NCBI GenBank assembly: GCA_041674405.1
Contig: JBAYVT010000006.1
Location: 25,153-57,152 of the forward strand
DNA length: 32,000 bases
Reading direction: 5' to 3'
From: Patescibacteria group bacterium
Lineage (GTDB): Bacteria > Patescibacteriota > UBA1384 > XYA2-FULL-43-10
Shown: piece by piece, positions 31,089 through 32,000 of the stretch
Layout: each line of letters opens with the position of its first letter
Position numbering within the stretch: position 1 is the first letter of the stretch
Notes under the pieces: generated by a model
Seen by the model: the letters and a program-made list of their open reading frames with translations, nothing else
Told to the model about the DNA's origin: nothing
Databases searched by the model: none
Made by a program: the position numbers and the translations under genes

Positions 31089-32000
31089 ATGACAACTGTG
31101 GAGCTTGACAGGGAAATAATGAACGTACAAAAAAGCACGAGAACCACATTCTCCCGATTTTCTCCATGGCACAATGCTCTGCGGATGAAATCCCGTTGGT
31201 ATTATCGTTGGCACCTGAATAATATCGCTTCGCCAATCCATTGGGGAATATTGGTTCTATATGTTGCGATAGTTGCTAGCTTTGGATTCATGATAGTTCG
31301 TCCGTCAGATATCATAAATCCTAAATCAGCTCGTGCCGCTGATAGTTATTCAATGGCGGGATTGGTCGAGCATTCAGCCTATAATGGAACATGGGTGGAT
31401 AGCGGCAACACTTATAATAGCTCGCCTTATTATGAAAATGGTTCACTATATGTTTTTAGAATGGAATGGGGAAATTGGTATGCCGGGTCCTCATTAGGTG
31501 ACACTTCAGTTCTTATTGGGCCTAGCTCTGCTAGCCCTGACGGCAGTTATACCTATATGTCGGAAACAGGCGTTCTTTCTTTGGTTCCTTCCACCATAAC
31601 TATCTCCGGAACTTGCAAACAATATGACGAAGCAACAAATTGCTCTGATGGGGAGACAATCAAAATAGCAGTCAATGGAACTATCCAAACTCAAACCGGA
31701 ACTACAACCAGCGGAACATGGTCCGTGGCAGATGTACCAACCAATTCAGGGGATATGATTACTGCTTTTGTCCATAACGTTCCCGATGCCAACGAAGCTA
31801 ATGCTGTAACCAAATATGACGGCACAGGCGATATCACCGGCATCAATTTGTATGAAAAACACTTATCTATCGGTTCTGATGATAATCAAACTATATCTAA
31901 CGCTGATCTGTCTAATTATGATAGCTCTGTTTCGCAGAATGAAGACATCTTCTTTGATGTCGATGCTTCGAATAATCTGACTTTGCCGGCAACCGGAACC
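31089..32000 (+). CDS. Large secreted/surface protein, N-terminal part (runs off the window)
   Basis: Open-ended, so not in the track. In-frame ATGs at 31089 and 31119; ...MNVQKSTRTTFSRF...IHWGILVLYVAIVASFGFMIV (signal anchor), then S/T/N/G-rich beta-type sequence, open to nt 32000. Confidence 0.6.
   Translation, partial: MTTVELDREIMNVQKSTRTTFSRFSPWHNALRMKSRWYYRWHLNNIASPIHWGILVLYVAIVASFGFMIVRPSDIINPKSARAADSYSMAGLVEHSAYNGTWVDSGNTYNSSPYYENGSLYVFRMEWGNWYAGSSLGDTSVLIGPSSASPDGSYTYMSETGVLSLVPSTITISGTCKQYDEATNCSDGETIKIAVNGTIQTQTGTTTSGTWSVADVPTNSGDMITAFVHNVPDANEANAVTKYDGTGDITGINLYEKHLSIGSDDNQTISNADLSNYDSSVSQNEDIFFDVDASNNLTLPATGT

Overview
AT-rich (about 40% GC by eye) bacterial chromosomal window, densely coding on both strands, standard genetic code (TGA, TAA and TAG all end well-supported genes). 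No rRNA, tRNA, CRISPR array, transposase or integrase was found. All protein calls rest on motif recognition by eye; no homology search was run. Gene content: (i) a minus-strand operon of PAS histidine kinase, receiver-only response regulator, PEP-utilising swivel-His protein and histidine-phosphatase-family protein (1-4008); (ii) a PilX_N-like protein plus a second receiver-only regulator (4096-5604); (iii) a secretin-less type IV pilus cluster pilB-pilC-pilM-pilN-pilO plus a small RDNPF-tail protein (5721-12092), in which PilB carries an N-terminal HU/IHF-like DNA-binding domain; (iv) housekeeping genes dnaX, dnaB, uvrD/pcrA (short form), an RpfB-like wall hydrolase, rsmA, an Nramp-family transporter with a non-canonical metal site, rsmI, a GNAT, metG, an EamA-like permease and tatD; (v) two large secreted repeat proteins (17275-19908 and 31089-32000, the second partial). 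This style fits a CPR/Patescibacteria-like (possibly Microgenomates-like) small-genome bacterium, which is inference only. Observations worth a second look: the HU-PilB fusion; the kinase/receiver/phospho-His-carrier/phosphatase operon; a 1.4 kb protein-poor locus (15830-17270) with two perfect consensus promoters, stacked intrinsic terminators, a 98-nt polypurine tract and two 77-bp direct repeats that differ only in a hairpin loop; three GC-rich islets that each encode a small orphan protein, two of them Cys-rich; and families of short-period oligonucleotide repeats and palindromes that share exact 13-19 nt matches between intergenic spacers and in-frame insertions in dnaX, rsmA, rsmI and metG.
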